A stretch of 64,000 nt of DNA from an uncultured delta proteobacterium. GTDB taxonomy: Bacteria > Desulfobacterota > Binatia > Binatales > Binataceae. The DNA lies in NCBI GenBank assembly GCA_963743865.1, contig CAVURG010000006.1:75198-139197 (forward strand), given 5' to 3'. How positions within the stretch are numbered: position 1 is the first letter of the stretch; the number at the start of each line of letters is the position of its first letter. The position numbers were made by a program, and so were the translations under genes. Of this stretch, positions 24,054 through 34,234 are shown in pieces. The notes beneath the pieces were generated by a model. That model saw only the letters and a program-made list of their open reading frames with translations. It was not told the DNA's origin and did no database searches.

Positions 24054-25577
24054 TCATCGCGCCAGAGCGAGCCAGCGCTTCATCAGTCCCGCGACGAATG
24101 GCGTGAGCCGGGTGCGCGTGTAGAGTCCCGCGGCGCGGCGAATCGCGTCGGCCTGCGTCGGGTATGGATGGATCACGTCACCGAGGCGGCCCAATCCGAC
24201 GCCTGCGGCGATCGCGGCGGTGAGTTCCGAGATAATCTCGCCCGCGTGGCTCGCGACCACCGTCGCACCGACGATCCGATCGCTCCCCTGGCGGACGTGC
24301 AGCTTGACGAAGCCGTCGGTTTCTCCGTCCAGCACCGCGCGATCGACCTCGGCCAGTTCCTGGGTATAGGTAGCGACCGTGACTCCGCGCTGTATCGCCT
24401 CGGCTTCGTATAGTCCGACGTGCGCTATTTCAGGATCGGTGTAGGTGCACCATGGAATAGTCAGCCGGCTCGCGCGCTTAAGTCCGAAGAATAGTGCGTT
24501 GCGGAGTATGATTCGCGCGTGCGCGTCGGCCAAGTGAGTAAACTTGTACGGCGATGCGACGTCGCCGGCGGCGTACACTGTCGGATTGGTTGTGCGCAGG
24601 TAGTCATCGACCTTCACGCCGTTTTGCCTGTCGTATTCGATCATGGCGGCTTCGAGATTCAACCCCTCGACTGCGGGGGCCCGTCCGACGCCGATCAAAA
24701 TCTCGTCGGCGACGATCTCGCGGCTGACGCCGTCGCGTTCGGTCGCGATCATTTTTTCATTGCCGCGCAACTCGACGCGGGAAATCATGCATCCGGTGAT
24801 GATTTCCACGCCGTCGCGGGCGATAGCGTGCTCGACCCGCTCTGCGGCGTCGCGATCCTCGCGAATCAGGATTTGCGGGGCAACTTCGAGGATGGTGACC
24901 TGCGCGCCGAATCGCGCGAACGTCTGCGCAAGTTCGCATCCGATCGGCCCGGCGCCGATCACGGCGATTCGCCGCGGCAACTCGGTCAGCGAAAAAACCG
25001 TCTCGTTGGTCAGATAGCCGGCCTGTGCAAGACCCGGTATAGGGATCGCGGCGGCGCGCGCTCCCGTGGCGATCGCGGCCTTTTTGAAACGAAGCTTCCT
25101 GCCGTCCACCTCTACGCAGTCAGGCGCGACGAAACGACCGTCGCCGATAAACACGTCGACGCCCAGGGAGCGAAATCGACTGGCGGAGTCGGTCGGGCTG
25201 AGTTCGGCGCGCAGCTTGCGCATCCGCTCCATCACGGCCTGGAAATTTACCCGCACACCCGCCGGGACCTCGACGCCAAAGCGGCCCGCGTCGCGAACTG
25301 CGGCGGCCGCTCGCGCCGAGCGGATCAGCGCCTTGGACGGAACGCATCCGAAGTTCAGGCAATCGCCACCCATCAGGTCACGCTCGACCAGCGCAACCTT
25401 CGCACCCAAAATGGCGGCGCCCGCAGCGATCACGAGACCCGCCGGCCCGGCTCCGATCACCACCATGTTGTAGCGGCGCGCGGGTTGCGGGTTGATCCAT
25501 GCGGCGGGATGCAGATTTTCGGTCAGCGCGAGGTTGTAAGCGTCGAGCGGCTCATGCTTCAGCGCGTGCGATACCAT
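24054..25577 (-). CDS. Pyridine nucleotide-disulfide oxidoreductase (MerA/Lpd-like)
   Basis: GAGPAG, GGDCLNFGCVPSK, GAGPIGCE, IHPYPT; no C-terminal Cys-Cys. Confidence 0.88.
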   Translation of the reverse strand: MVSHALKHEPLDAYNLALTENLHPAAWINPQPARRYNMVVIGAGPAGLVIAAGAAILGAKVALVERDLMGGDCLNFGCVPSKALIRSARAAAAVRDAGRFGVEVPAGVRVNFQAVMERMRKLRAELSPTDSASRFRSLGVDVFIGDGRFVAPDCVEVDGRKLRFKKAAIATGARAAAIPIPGLAQAGYLTNETVFSLTELPRRIAVIGAGPIGCELAQTFARFGAQVTILEVAPQILIREDRDAAERVEHAIARDGVEIITGCMISRVELRGNEKMIATERDGVSREIVADEILIGVGRAPAVEGLNLEAAMIEYDRQNGVKVDDYLRTTNPTVYAAGDVASPYKFTHLADAHARIILRNALFFGLKRASRLTIPWCTYTDPEIAHVGLYEAEAIQRGVTVATYTQELAEVDRAVLDGETDGFVKLHVRQGSDRIVGATVVASHAGEIISELTAAIAAGVGLGRLGDVIHPYPTQADAIRRAAGLYTRTRLTPFVAGLMKRWLALAR

Positions 25578-25592
25578 CGATGTGTCCCCTGG

Positions 25593-26357
25593 CTAGGTCT
25601 TTTTGCCGAGCGCCCGGGCGCCGATTCGCGTTGCATACACGACGACCGCGACCGTCGCGATGAATCCGACCGCGGTGAGTGCCCATTCAATGGGCGTGCG
25701 CCGGGCGCCGCCCCCGGCCGCGCGCGCGAGGTCGCCGCTCAGCGAGCCGATGTACACGTAGAGAATTGTGCCGGGAATCATCCCGGCCCACGACGCAAGA
25801 AAGTAGTCGCGCAGCGTCACGCGCGTCAGTCCGTAGGCGTAGTTGAGCAGGTTGAACGGAAACACGGGAGACAGCCGAGTCAGGGCAACTATCTTCCATC
25901 CTTCTATCCCGACCGCTTCGTCGATCGCTTTGAACTTCGCGTTGCCTTCGAGTCTCGCGCTCACCCAGTCCCGCGCAAGATAACGGCCCACGAGAAAAGC
26001 CGCCGTGGCGCCGAGCGTCGCGGCGATCGAAACGTAGATCGATCCGCGCACCACGCCGAAAATCACGCCGGCGCCAATCGTGAGGATCGACCCCGGAAGC
26101 AACGCGACGCACACCGCGATGTAGATTGCGATGAACGCGACCGGCGCCAGCGCGCCCAGGCCGGCAATCCAGTCCAGCGCATTCGTCAGCCACGGCCCGG
26201 CGCCGATGCGATGCGCACCGTAGAAGACCGCGATTGCGGCCGCGGCGATCAGCAGAATTTTCGGGCGAAGGAAACCGGCTGCTCGAATGGACGCGGTGGT
26301 CATCTTGAGGTTTCCGGCGCTGGCAGCTCGCGGGGCGGGCAATTTTTCGGTTTCCAC
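25593..26357 (-). CDS. TVP38/TMEM64 (DedA superfamily) membrane protein
   Basis: LPGSILTIGAG, RLSPVFPFNLLNY, GMIPGT; start uncertain. Confidence 0.9.
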   Translation of the reverse strand: METEKLPAPRAASAGNLKMTTASIRAAGFLRPKILLIAAAAIAVFYGAHRIGAGPWLTNALDWIAGLGALAPVAFIAIYIAVCVALLPGSILTIGAGVIFGVVRGSIYVSIAATLGATAAFLVGRYLARDWVSARLEGNAKFKAIDEAVGIEGWKIVALTRLSPVFPFNLLNYAYGLTRVTLRDYFLASWAGMIPGTILYVYIGSLSGDLARAAGGGARRTPIEWALTAVGFIATVAVVVYATRIGARALGKKT

Positions 26358-26412
26358 CGCGGCATCGCGGACTGCTTATAATGCCACCGGGGATTGTGTA
26401 ATCCTAATCCGC

Positions 26413-26910
26413 ATGTCGGTCCACGATCACCAAAAGCACGCGCGCGCAAATCTCAAGGTCGGCGTCATCACCGCCAGCGATTCGCGCAGCCCGGAAACTG
26501 ACGAGAGCGGCAAGCTCATCCGCATTTTGCTCGAGGCCGCCGGTCACCTGGTGGCCTACTACGAAATCGTCCCTGACGACGGTGAGAGGATTTCCGCGGC
26601 GCTGGTCAATAATTTGCCGAATCTCGACGCGATTATCGTCAACGGCGGCACCGGTATTACCGCGCGCGATGGCACCACTGAAGTTGTGAAGTCGGTAATC
26701 GACAGGGAGCTCGAAGGCTTCGGCGAACTGTTCCGGATGCTTTCGTTTCAGGAAATCGGAGCCGCCGCGATGATGAGCGGCGCTGTTGCCGGAGTGCGCC
26801 ATGGCAAGTTCGTGGCCGCGATTCCCGGTTCCCCCGACGCGTGCCGGCTTGCGATGGAGAAGCTGCTGATCCCCGAACTCGGGCACATCGCTTATCTGCT
26901 GAGTCTATGA
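26413..26910 (+). CDS. moaB: Molybdenum cofactor biosynthesis protein MoaB/MogA
   Basis: TASDSR, DESG, GGTGITARD, GFGELFR, PGSP. Confidence 0.88.
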   Translation: MSVHDHQKHARANLKVGVITASDSRSPETDESGKLIRILLEAAGHLVAYYEIVPDDGERISAALVNNLPNLDAIIVNGGTGITARDGTTEVVKSVIDRELEGFGELFRMLSFQEIGAAAMMSGAVAGVRHGKFVAAIPGSPDACRLAMEKLLIPELGHIAYLLSL

Positions 26911-26914
26911 ACCA

Positions 26915-27631
26915 GTGAACAAGTTCACGATCAAACTGTTCGCGACGCTTCGCGAGCGGGCGCATACGGCCGAGCTGACGCGCGAGTTCCCCGACGGCAC
27001 CACCGTCGGCGAGATCTGGAGGCGTCTGGTCGGCGAATTTCCCGCGCTCGGCGCGCATCACAACTCTGTAGGCTTCGCCGTCAACCAGGAATATGTCGAT
27101 GGCAGCTTCGAGCCGCGGATGGGCGACGAGATTGCCTTCATTCCACCCGTCAGCGGCGGCTCCGACAGCGGCGGCACGGACACGCCCGCGTACGTCGGCA
27201 AAATCACCATCGGCCGCCATCCGATCGACTTAGCCGCGCTGGAACGCGAAGTTGCCGACCCTGCGGCCGGTGCAATCGTATCGTTCGCCGGTTCCACTCG
27301 CCGCGACAACGCAGGCCGGGTCGTGATTCGCCTCGAGTACGAAGCCTATGAGCCGATGGCGCTATCCGAGATGCGCAAGCTCGCGGCCGAGGCCGGCGCG
27401 CGATGGAAAATCGTGCGCATCGCGATCGCGCATCGCATCGGCGTCGTCGAAATCGGCGAGACATCGGTGGCGATTGCGGTCTCGGCGGCGCATCGCGCAG
27501 AGGCGTTCGAGGCTTGCAGGTTCGCGATCGACCGCCTGAAAGAAATCGTCCCGATTTGGAAAAAAGAATATTTCGAAGGCGGCGAGGTATGGATCGGCTG
27601 CCAAACCTCGCATCCGCCGGCGCTTGAATAG
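26915..27631 (+). CDS. Fused molybdopterin synthase MoaD-MoaE
   Basis: LFATLRE..AVNQEY..IPPVSGG, then LEYEAY, HRIG, PIWKKE. Confidence 0.93.
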   Translation: MNKFTIKLFATLRERAHTAELTREFPDGTTVGEIWRRLVGEFPALGAHHNSVGFAVNQEYVDGSFEPRMGDEIAFIPPVSGGSDSGGTDTPAYVGKITIGRHPIDLAALEREVADPAAGAIVSFAGSTRRDNAGRVVIRLEYEAYEPMALSEMRKLAAEAGARWKIVRIAIAHRIGVVEIGETSVAIAVSAAHRAEAFEACRFAIDRLKEIVPIWKKEYFEGGEVWIGCQTSHPPALE

Positions 27632-27651
27632 AAACCTGGCCGCGTCGCAAA

Positions 27652-27691
27652 ACCCTCACCTAACCTCTCCCGTGAAATAACGGGCGAGGGA
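27652..27691. repeat. Single intergenic palindrome of the CCCTCACC..CTCTCCCG-n-CGGG.GAGGG type
   Basis: accctcacctaacctctcccgtgaaataacgggcgaggg forms a hairpin; one copy in the window. Confidence 0.5.
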
Positions 27692-27738
27692 CCAGAGCAT
27701 TATTGACCGGGCGGACAGTTACCAGTTACAAACATAGG

Positions 27739-28681
27739 ATGGCGTTGGGCGAAACATCGGTCGAAAAAATCATCCTCGCTGAGCCGCGCGGCTTCTGCGC
27801 CGGCGTCGATCGCGCGGTCGAGGCGGTCCGCAGCGCGCTGCGCTCTTACGGCCGCCCGCTCTACGTGCGCCATCAGATCGTCCACAACCGTTTCGTGCTC
27901 GAAGCGCTCGAACGCGAAGGCGCGATTTTTGTCGAGAGCCTCGACAAGGTTCCCGCCGGCCAGCGCGTGATCTTCAGCGCTCATGGGGTCGCGCCCAGCG
28001 AATGGGATCGCGCCAAGGATCGCGCTCTGCGCGTTATCGACGCCACCTGCCCGCTCGTCACCAAGGTCCATCTCGAAGTCAAGAAATACGACGACGAGGG
28101 TCGCACCGTGATCCTCATCGGCCACGCCGGCCACGAGGAAGTGAAGGGCACGCTGGGCGTCGCGCCGGGCAAGGTGGTGCTGGTCGGCAGCGTGAGCGAG
28201 GCGCGCACCGTCGAAGTCGAGAATCCCGAGCGCATCGCGGCGGTCACGCAGACCACGCTCAGCGTCGATGACACCCGCGAGATCATGGAAGCGCTCAAGC
28301 AACGGTTCCCCTCGATGCAGGAACCCGAAGACCGACGACATCTGCTACGCGACCCAGAACCGCCAGAACGCGGTCAAGGAGCTGGTGCAGGTCAGCGATG
28401 CGGTCCTGGTGGTCGGCTCGAAGCAGAGTTCAAATGCGAACCGGCTGGTCGAGGTCGCACGGATGCGCGGGGCGCGCGCGTTCCTGGTCGATTCGATCGC
28501 CGACGTCGAGCCCGCGATGCTCGACGGCGTGCGCGCGCTCGGCCTGACCGCGAGCGCTTCCTCTCCCGAGTGGCTGGTCGAGGAAATTATCGGTGCGTTT
28601 GCCCGCTCGGGCGCCGAAGTCGAGCTGCTCAGCGTCGCCAAGGAGCGGGTGCATTTCCCGCTTCCGATGCCCGCCGACTGA
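27739..28681 (+). CDS. ispH: 4-hydroxy-3-methylbut-2-enyl diphosphate reductase (frameshift near 28322)
   Basis: [29 protein letters not shown]; second frame [17 protein letters not shown]. Confidence 0.95.
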
Positions 28682-28803
28682 GCCGCGCGGCGATTCCCGC
28701 CACGCATCTACGCACGCCCGCCCGTTGCATTCCGCCTTGACAATTCCGCGCCATTGCTTGCAGACTCATCCCGATTTCGCCAAAACCTGAGAGGATTAGT
28801 CTG

Positions 28804-29661
28804 ATGCGAACAGCTATCGTGCGCGCGCTGGTACTGCCCGTCCTGCTGGCCATCCCGTTCGTCAGCGGATGCCAGTCCGAGGCGAAGCGTCATCTATACA
28901 AAGCTGAAGATCTGTTCGAAAAGCGCGATCTCGACGGCGCCAAAAAAGAACTCGAGCTGTCGATAAAGGCCGACCCCACCAGCCTCGACGCGCACAAGTC
29001 TCTCGCGCACATAGACGAAGCGCTCGGCGATGAGGAAGGCGCCGCGCGCGAGTATGAGGCGGCCTCGACGCTCGATCCCGCCGATCAGAAACTCCTCGAC
29101 AAGGCTCGGCTCTACAAGCAGCTCGAGAACATGGCGAATTCTTCGGGCAAGGCGCTCGATGACATCAAGGCAGGCAAGGTCGAAGACGGCGTCCGCAATC
29201 TCAAGGACATCATCTTCACCACCAGGATTCCGGCGGCCCGTCAAAAGGCGGTGCACGCGCTCGGCGACGCGATCCCGATCATCGAAAAAATCGGCGACCA
29301 GCAGATGCAGGACAAAAAGTACGCCGACGCGATCAATACCTATGATAAGGGCATCCGGGCCGCGATGCTGCTGGCCAGGGCGCACAAGCTGGAAGCGCTC
29401 GGGCCCGAGGCGGACCCGATGATGCACAAGATCAACCAAGCCGCCAAGGCCGCCGGCACGCCCGACGCGAACTTCAAGCTGTTCAATGACGTGATCGGCG
29501 ATTATCCCGACGACAAGACCGCCAACCTCGAATTGGCGCAGATCTATCTGACCAAAACTCCGCCGGACTATGACACCGCCGCCGATTTGGATGAGCGCGG
29601 CGGCGCGCCCGACGACGAGGTTCGCAAGCTTCGCGACCTGGCCAAGAAGCATCGCAAGTGA
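28804..29661 (+). CDS. TPR-like lipoprotein
   Basis: Lipobox VSGC; helical TPR-like repeats. Confidence 0.7.
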   Translation: MRTAIVRALVLPVLLAIPFVSGCQSEAKRHLYKAEDLFEKRDLDGAKKELELSIKADPTSLDAHKSLAHIDEALGDEEGAAREYEAASTLDPADQKLLDKARLYKQLENMANSSGKALDDIKAGKVEDGVRNLKDIIFTTRIPAARQKAVHALGDAIPIIEKIGDQQMQDKKYADAINTYDKGIRAAMLLARAHKLEALGPEADPMMHKINQAAKAAGTPDANFKLFNDVIGDYPDDKTANLELAQIYLTKTPPDYDTAADLDERGGAPDDEVRKLRDLAKKHRK

Positions 29662-29689
29662 GATGAGCTAGAGTCGCAATCGAGGCTCG

Positions 29690-30328
29690 ATGCGCCGGCG
29701 CGGCTATATCGCGGTCGAAGGCCCCATCGGGGTTGGCAAAACGAGCCTCGCGCAGGCGCTCGCCCGCGAGCTGGGTGCGCGCCTGATGCTCGAGGATGCC
29801 GACAACAACCCGTTCCTGCCCCGCTTCTACCAGGATCCCGACAAGTATGCGTTTCCCGCGCAGCTTTATTTCCTGCTCACCCGCCACAACCAGCAGCGCG
29901 AGCTCAAGCAGCAGGATCTCTTCACGCAGGCCACCGTCGCCGACTATCTCTTCGCCAAGGATAAAATCTTCGCCGCTTTGAATCTCGTCCCCGACGAACT
30001 CAAGCTCTACGACAACGTCTACAAGCTGCTCGACGCCGAGATCGCCCGTCCCGACCTCGTCGTTTACGTGCGCGCCACCATCGAGGTGCTGGCCGAGCGG
30101 CTGCGCAAGCGCAATCGTGATTTCGAGCGCCACATCAGCTTCGACTACCTCGAGCGCGTGTCATCGGCCTACCGCGATTTCTTTTTCTACTATGACGAGG
30201 CGCCGCTGCTGGTCGTCGATACTTCGGACATCGACTTCGTCGCCAATCCCGAAGACCTCGGCGAGTTGATTCGCGAGATCGATCGCGCCGGCGCCGGCAC
30301 CCAATACTTTGTCCCGCGCAAGAGCTGA
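29690..30328 (+). CDS. Deoxynucleoside kinase
   Basis: EGPIGVGKT, NPFLPRFY, PDLVVY, RNRDFE. Confidence 0.92.
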   Translation: MRRRGYIAVEGPIGVGKTSLAQALARELGARLMLEDADNNPFLPRFYQDPDKYAFPAQLYFLLTRHNQQRELKQQDLFTQATVADYLFAKDKIFAALNLVPDELKLYDNVYKLLDAEIARPDLVVYVRATIEVLAERLRKRNRDFERHISFDYLERVSSAYRDFFFYYDEAPLLVVDTSDIDFVANPEDLGELIREIDRAGAGTQYFVPRKS

Positions 30329-30577
30329 GGGGTCATCGTGGATGCCCACCTCGGCGCGCCTGTGGAAATCACGCTGACCTTTTGACACAAACCGATGGCG
30401 TCGAAGGGCAAAATCACCTCGGGGCGCAATCGGCTTTCGCCCAAAGACCGGCCGCGCGGTCACGACCGCCGCCCGGATTATGCGGTCCGGCTGATCGCTG
30501 CAGCAGGTGTTGAAAAACTACCGGCCGCCGGTGAAGGCGGCCGGTAGGCGTCGTCTATCAAGTAGTAGCTGCCGCCG

Positions 30578-31906
30578 CTAGAGCTCTGCGGGCTGCAGCC
30601 GGCTGCTCCCCTGCCCGGAGCCAGCGGGTACTTCTTGGCTTTGTTGGCTAGGACTGCAGGTGTCAGTGCCAGTGACGGTCGTGTTGATAACATTGGTGGT
30701 GCTTGCCAAGGCGAAGCTGACGGTATTTGGGCTCGTCGTGTTATCCTCGTACCCGGCGCACGCTTCGTTGATGATGTTGCTCGACACCGTGATTCCGCCC
30801 GACGACGGACTCCAGGTGCAGCTGCCGTCCAGATGGATCCCCGCCTGCGAGCTGCCGGCGACTCTGTTGCCGGTGATCGAACCGCCGGTCGAACCGCACA
30901 CGTCGATCCCGTCCTCGACCAGCGTTCCATCCACAACATTGCTCGCGATCTTTGCGTTGTTGGCTGTGCCGCTGGTTGGGTCATTAGGCTGTACCTCGAT
31001 ACCGCCCTGCGTGTTGGTCACGCGATTGCCGGTCACCGTCACATTGGCCGCCCCCCACACCAGGATTCCTGACGCCGACGCAGTACAATCGGCCACCGAA
31101 ACGCACGGCGCATAGATCACATTGCTCACCGTATTGTTCGTGGCTGTCCCGGTAGCGCCCAGGCCAAACTGAATGCCATTTTGGCCAACTTCGGTGATGG
31201 GGCCCAGCCCGCGCACCTGGTTGTTGATCAGCGTCAGGGTAGTGCCAGGTTCATTTCCTGTGATGCCGTTTTTCTCGAAGTCGTGCACACTGCTGTTCTC
31301 AACCGTCACCTTCGAAATGCCGGAGCCGTCCGGGCTCGACTGCACGAAAATGCCAAAACCAAAACCGCTTCCACCGGGAGGGATGGCCGTCTGATTTCGT
31401 GTGACGACGTGATTTACCAGTCCCGAAGCATTCTGATAAAGAATGCCCTCCAGGTACGGCGAGTTGTCTTTCCAGGCGGTACCACCGTCCACGACCACGT
31501 TCGAGATATTAGCCGTGACCCCGGACGCCACAAAGATTTGAGCGGCTAGCGCGGCGCCGCTAAAAAGGCTGACTGCGTTTGCGACGAGCGGGTCAGGGGC
31601 TAATATCACAGCCTGATTCGCGGTTCCGAGCGTGGCTCCCATGAGCGTCAGATTCTTGTTAATCGTCACCTCTTCCTGATAGCTGCCGTCTGGGCCTAGG
31701 CCGCCGCCCGGGCAAACTCTTACGATGCCTCCCACGGGGACAGCGGCTACGGCTGCTGTAATTGTGGGGTAAACATGAATCGTTTTGCTTTCGCTCTCGC
31801 AGTTTCCTGCGTAGTAGAGCGCCGCGTTTGCCGACGTAGCCACGCAGATCGCAAAAGCCAGCGCTAATCCCGAGACGACCCCTTTACCGAATCTAATCTT
31901 CGCCAG
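30578..31906 (-). CDS. Secreted right-handed parallel beta-helix protein (probable CTG start)
   Basis: TITAAV..VCPG..YQEEVTI, repeated N..GI strands; in-frame upstream extension gives a signal peptide behind AGGAGGAGG. Confidence 0.8.
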   Translation of the reverse strand: MAKIRFGKGVVSGLALAFAICVATSANAALYYAGNCESESKTIHVYPTITAAVAAVPVGGIVRVCPGGGLGPDGSYQEEVTINKNLTLMGATLGTANQAVILAPDPLVANAVSLFSGAALAAQIFVASGVTANISNVVVDGGTAWKDNSPYLEGILYQNASGLVNHVVTRNQTAIPPGGSGFGFGIFVQSSPDGSGISKVTVENSSVHDFEKNGITGNEPGTTLTLINNQVRGLGPITEVGQNGIQFGLGATGTATNNTVSNVIYAPCVSVADCTASASGILVWGAANVTVTGNRVTNTQGGIEVQPNDPTSGTANNAKIASNVVDGTLVEDGIDVCGSTGGSITGNRVAGSSQAGIHLDGSCTWSPSSGGITVSSNIINEACAGYEDNTTSPNTVSFALASTTNVINTTVTGTDTCSPSQQSQEVPAGSGQGSSRLQPAEL

Positions 31907-32036
31907 ATTTCCTCCTCCTGATTGCTGTTTAGTACCCTCCGACCTGACGGGAAAGTTCCATTTTTACGCTTCCACAAGGGGGTGTATGGCCCAATAAAAC
32001 TGTTAGTAGCCCAAGGCCGCCCTGCAGAGCGATCCG

Positions 32037-32081
32037 TAACATACAGTCATGTCTGCTGGCAACAGTCAAGCCTGTATGTTA
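32037..32081. promoter_or_regulatory. Candidate TetR operator pair
   Basis: TAACATACAG..25 nt..CTGTATGTTA inverted repeat containing two CAGTCAnGnCTG cores, between divergent genes. Confidence 0.6.
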
Positions 32082-32130
32082 ACTAAATTGGTTTTTTAAA
32101 TAATTTTTTGTTATAGAATCATGTAGATAA

Positions 32131-32745
32131 ATGCCATCGCTCCAAGAAGAACGAACCGCGGAAACGCGGCGGCGGTTGCTTGACGCTACCGTGGCGTGCC
32201 TTTTCGAGCGGGGATACGCGGGCACGACGACGACCGAGATAGCCAGCCGCGCGGGAGTGTCACGCGGCGCGCAGTCGCATCATTTTCCGAAGAAGGACGA
32301 ACTCGTGGTGAGCGCGTTGCAGCACGTGTTCGAGTTGCGGCTGAGCGAAATGAGGGCCGCCATCGCGGAGCCACCGTCCGGGAGCCGGGCGCATCGCATT
32401 GCCGTGCTGATCGACGCGATGTGGCCGATCTTCAAAGGGCCGACATTCTGTGCGTGGCTGGAGCTGGTGGTCGCAAGCCGCACCGATCCCGTGCTCAACG
32501 ACGCGGTGCGCGCGGTGAGCCGGGGTTTCAGGGAGGGACTTCGCGTCAGCCTCAGAGCGCTGCTCGATTGGCCAGCCGATCGAGAAGACAAACTTCGCGA
32601 TTTGGCCGGCATCGTAGTTGGACAGATCGAGGCGCTGGCGCTCGAGCGTGTGCTCTTTGCGCCGGGTGAAATCGATCCGCCGGAGTTTGGGCGTGCTTTG
32701 GAAACGCTCAAACGGGTCGGCGCCGCGCTGGTGGATGAGCTGTGA
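32131..32745 (+). CDS. TetR/AcrR-family transcriptional regulator
   Basis: TRRRLLDAT..GYAGTTTTEIASRAGVSRGA..HFPKKDEL helix-turn-helix. Confidence 0.93.
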   Translation: MPSLQEERTAETRRRLLDATVACLFERGYAGTTTTEIASRAGVSRGAQSHHFPKKDELVVSALQHVFELRLSEMRAAIAEPPSGSRAHRIAVLIDAMWPIFKGPTFCAWLELVVASRTDPVLNDAVRAVSRGFREGLRVSLRALLDWPADREDKLRDLAGIVVGQIEALALERVLFAPGEIDPPEFGRALETLKRVGAALVDEL

Positions 32746-32848
32746 TGAAGACTCACGAGAGCCGGTGGGGGGCTGCATGGGAAGAGGCAAGGGGCCAGGT
32801 TTGCCCGCGTGAGGCTGACGTCGAAAACTTCCTTCGTTTGCCCTCGCC

Positions 32849-33142
32849 CTACGCGTCGCGATCGTTGAACGCGATCTCGATATTGTCCGCCAGCTTGAAG
32901 TCCTTGTCGGTCACGCCGCCGGCATCGTGCGTCGAGCATGAGAACGTTACCCGCGTGTAGTTGATCGTGATATCGGGATGATGGTCGGCGGCCTCGGCGA
33001 TCTCGGCGACCTTCTGCACGAACTCGATGCCATGCAGGTATTCCTTGAACTTGAACGTTTTGCCGATGGCGTTGTTCTTGTACTCCCATCCGGGGAGCGC
33101 CTTGAGTTTCTCCGCGATCTGCTCCGGGTTGAGCTTTGCCAT
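32849..33142 (-). CDS. phhB: Pterin-4-alpha-carbinolamine dehydratase
   Basis: AEAADHHPDI, STHDAGGVTDKD. Confidence 0.92.
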   Translation of the reverse strand: MAKLNPEQIAEKLKALPGWEYKNNAIGKTFKFKEYLHGIEFVQKVAEIAEAADHHPDITINYTRVTFSCSTHDAGGVTDKDFKLADNIEIAFNDRDA

Positions 33143-33309
33143 CCTGGTATCCTCCGCATGCCGCCGGCCGCGACCGTCGACTCATTGCGGTTGTCATCCT
33201 ATTCCAGCGCATCCCAATGGCAAATGACGCTGCGTTATACCGTCGCGCGCGCCTGTGGTAATAGAGGCTCAGGCAGACCGAAACGTAAACAGGGGACACT
33301 GAAAAGACG

Positions 33310-33759
33310 ATGGCGAACAAATACGTTACCGACGAAGCTCGCAAGCAAATCGGCAAGGTCTCCGAACCGCGGACTTACGAAGTCGAGCGCGGCGCGATTC
33401 GCCGCTTCGCCGAGGCGATCGAAGATCCTAATCCGCTCTTCAACAGTGAACGCGACGCGCGCAAGACCCGCTTCGGCGCCATGATCGCGCCGCCCACCTT
33501 CTGCCGCTCGATGGGCGCTCCGCTCCCCAACATCAGGCTCGACATGCCGACCTTGCGCGGCCTCGACGGCGGCTCGGATTGGGAGTACTTCGTGCCGATT
33601 CGCGCCGGCGACCGCATCACCGTGCAGTCCAAGCTCGTCGATTTGCGCGAGGCCGCGGGCCGGCTCGGCCCGATGGTCTTCATTGTCGTCGAGACCACTT
33701 ACACCGACCAGTTCGGCGAGGTCTGCGTCATTCAACGCTCGACCGGAATCCGCTACTAG
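33310..33759 (+). CDS. MaoC-like hot-dog protein (N-terminal/HadA-like subunit)
   Basis: ERGAIRRFAEAIEDPNP, IAPPTF, PIRAGD. Confidence 0.85.
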   Translation: MANKYVTDEARKQIGKVSEPRTYEVERGAIRRFAEAIEDPNPLFNSERDARKTRFGAMIAPPTFCRSMGAPLPNIRLDMPTLRGLDGGSDWEYFVPIRAGDRITVQSKLVDLREAAGRLGPMVFIVVETTYTDQFGEVCVIQRSTGIRY

Positions 33760-33782
33760 AGTCAATCGAAAGGATGCCCACG

Positions 33783-34220
33783 ATGGCGAAGCAAATTTAT
33801 TTCGAAGACGTCGAAGTCGGCACTGAAGTCGGCCCGCTCGAAAAAAATCCGACCACCCAGCAGCTCGTCAGGTACGCCGGCGCCTCGGGCGACTTCTATC
33901 AAATCCACTACGACAAGGATTTCGCGCTTGGCAACGGTCTCCCCGGCGTGATCCTGCACGGCGCGTTGAAGAACGCCTTCCTCGGCCACCTGATGACCGA
34001 CTTCGCCGGCGAGCATGGATGGCTGCGCAAGCTCGGCGTGCAGTACCGTGGGATGGATCAGCCCGGCGCCAAGGTCGTCGCGCGCGGCAAGGTCTCCAAA
34101 AAATACACCGAAGGCGGCCATCACATGGTCGATTGCGAAATCTGGCTCGAAAACGCCAAGGGCGAAAAGACCACCCCCGGCTCCGCCACCGTCATTCTGC
34201 CCTCGCGCGCCGCGAGCTGA
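33783..34220 (+). CDS. MaoC-family (R)-hydratase catalytic subunit (HadB-like)
   Basis: YAGASGDFYQIHYD..GVILHG hydratase-2 motif. Confidence 0.88.
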   Translation: MAKQIYFEDVEVGTEVGPLEKNPTTQQLVRYAGASGDFYQIHYDKDFALGNGLPGVILHGALKNAFLGHLMTDFAGEHGWLRKLGVQYRGMDQPGAKVVARGKVSKKYTEGGHHMVDCEIWLENAKGEKTTPGSATVILPSRAAS

Positions 34221-34234
34221 TGAGGTAACACGCG

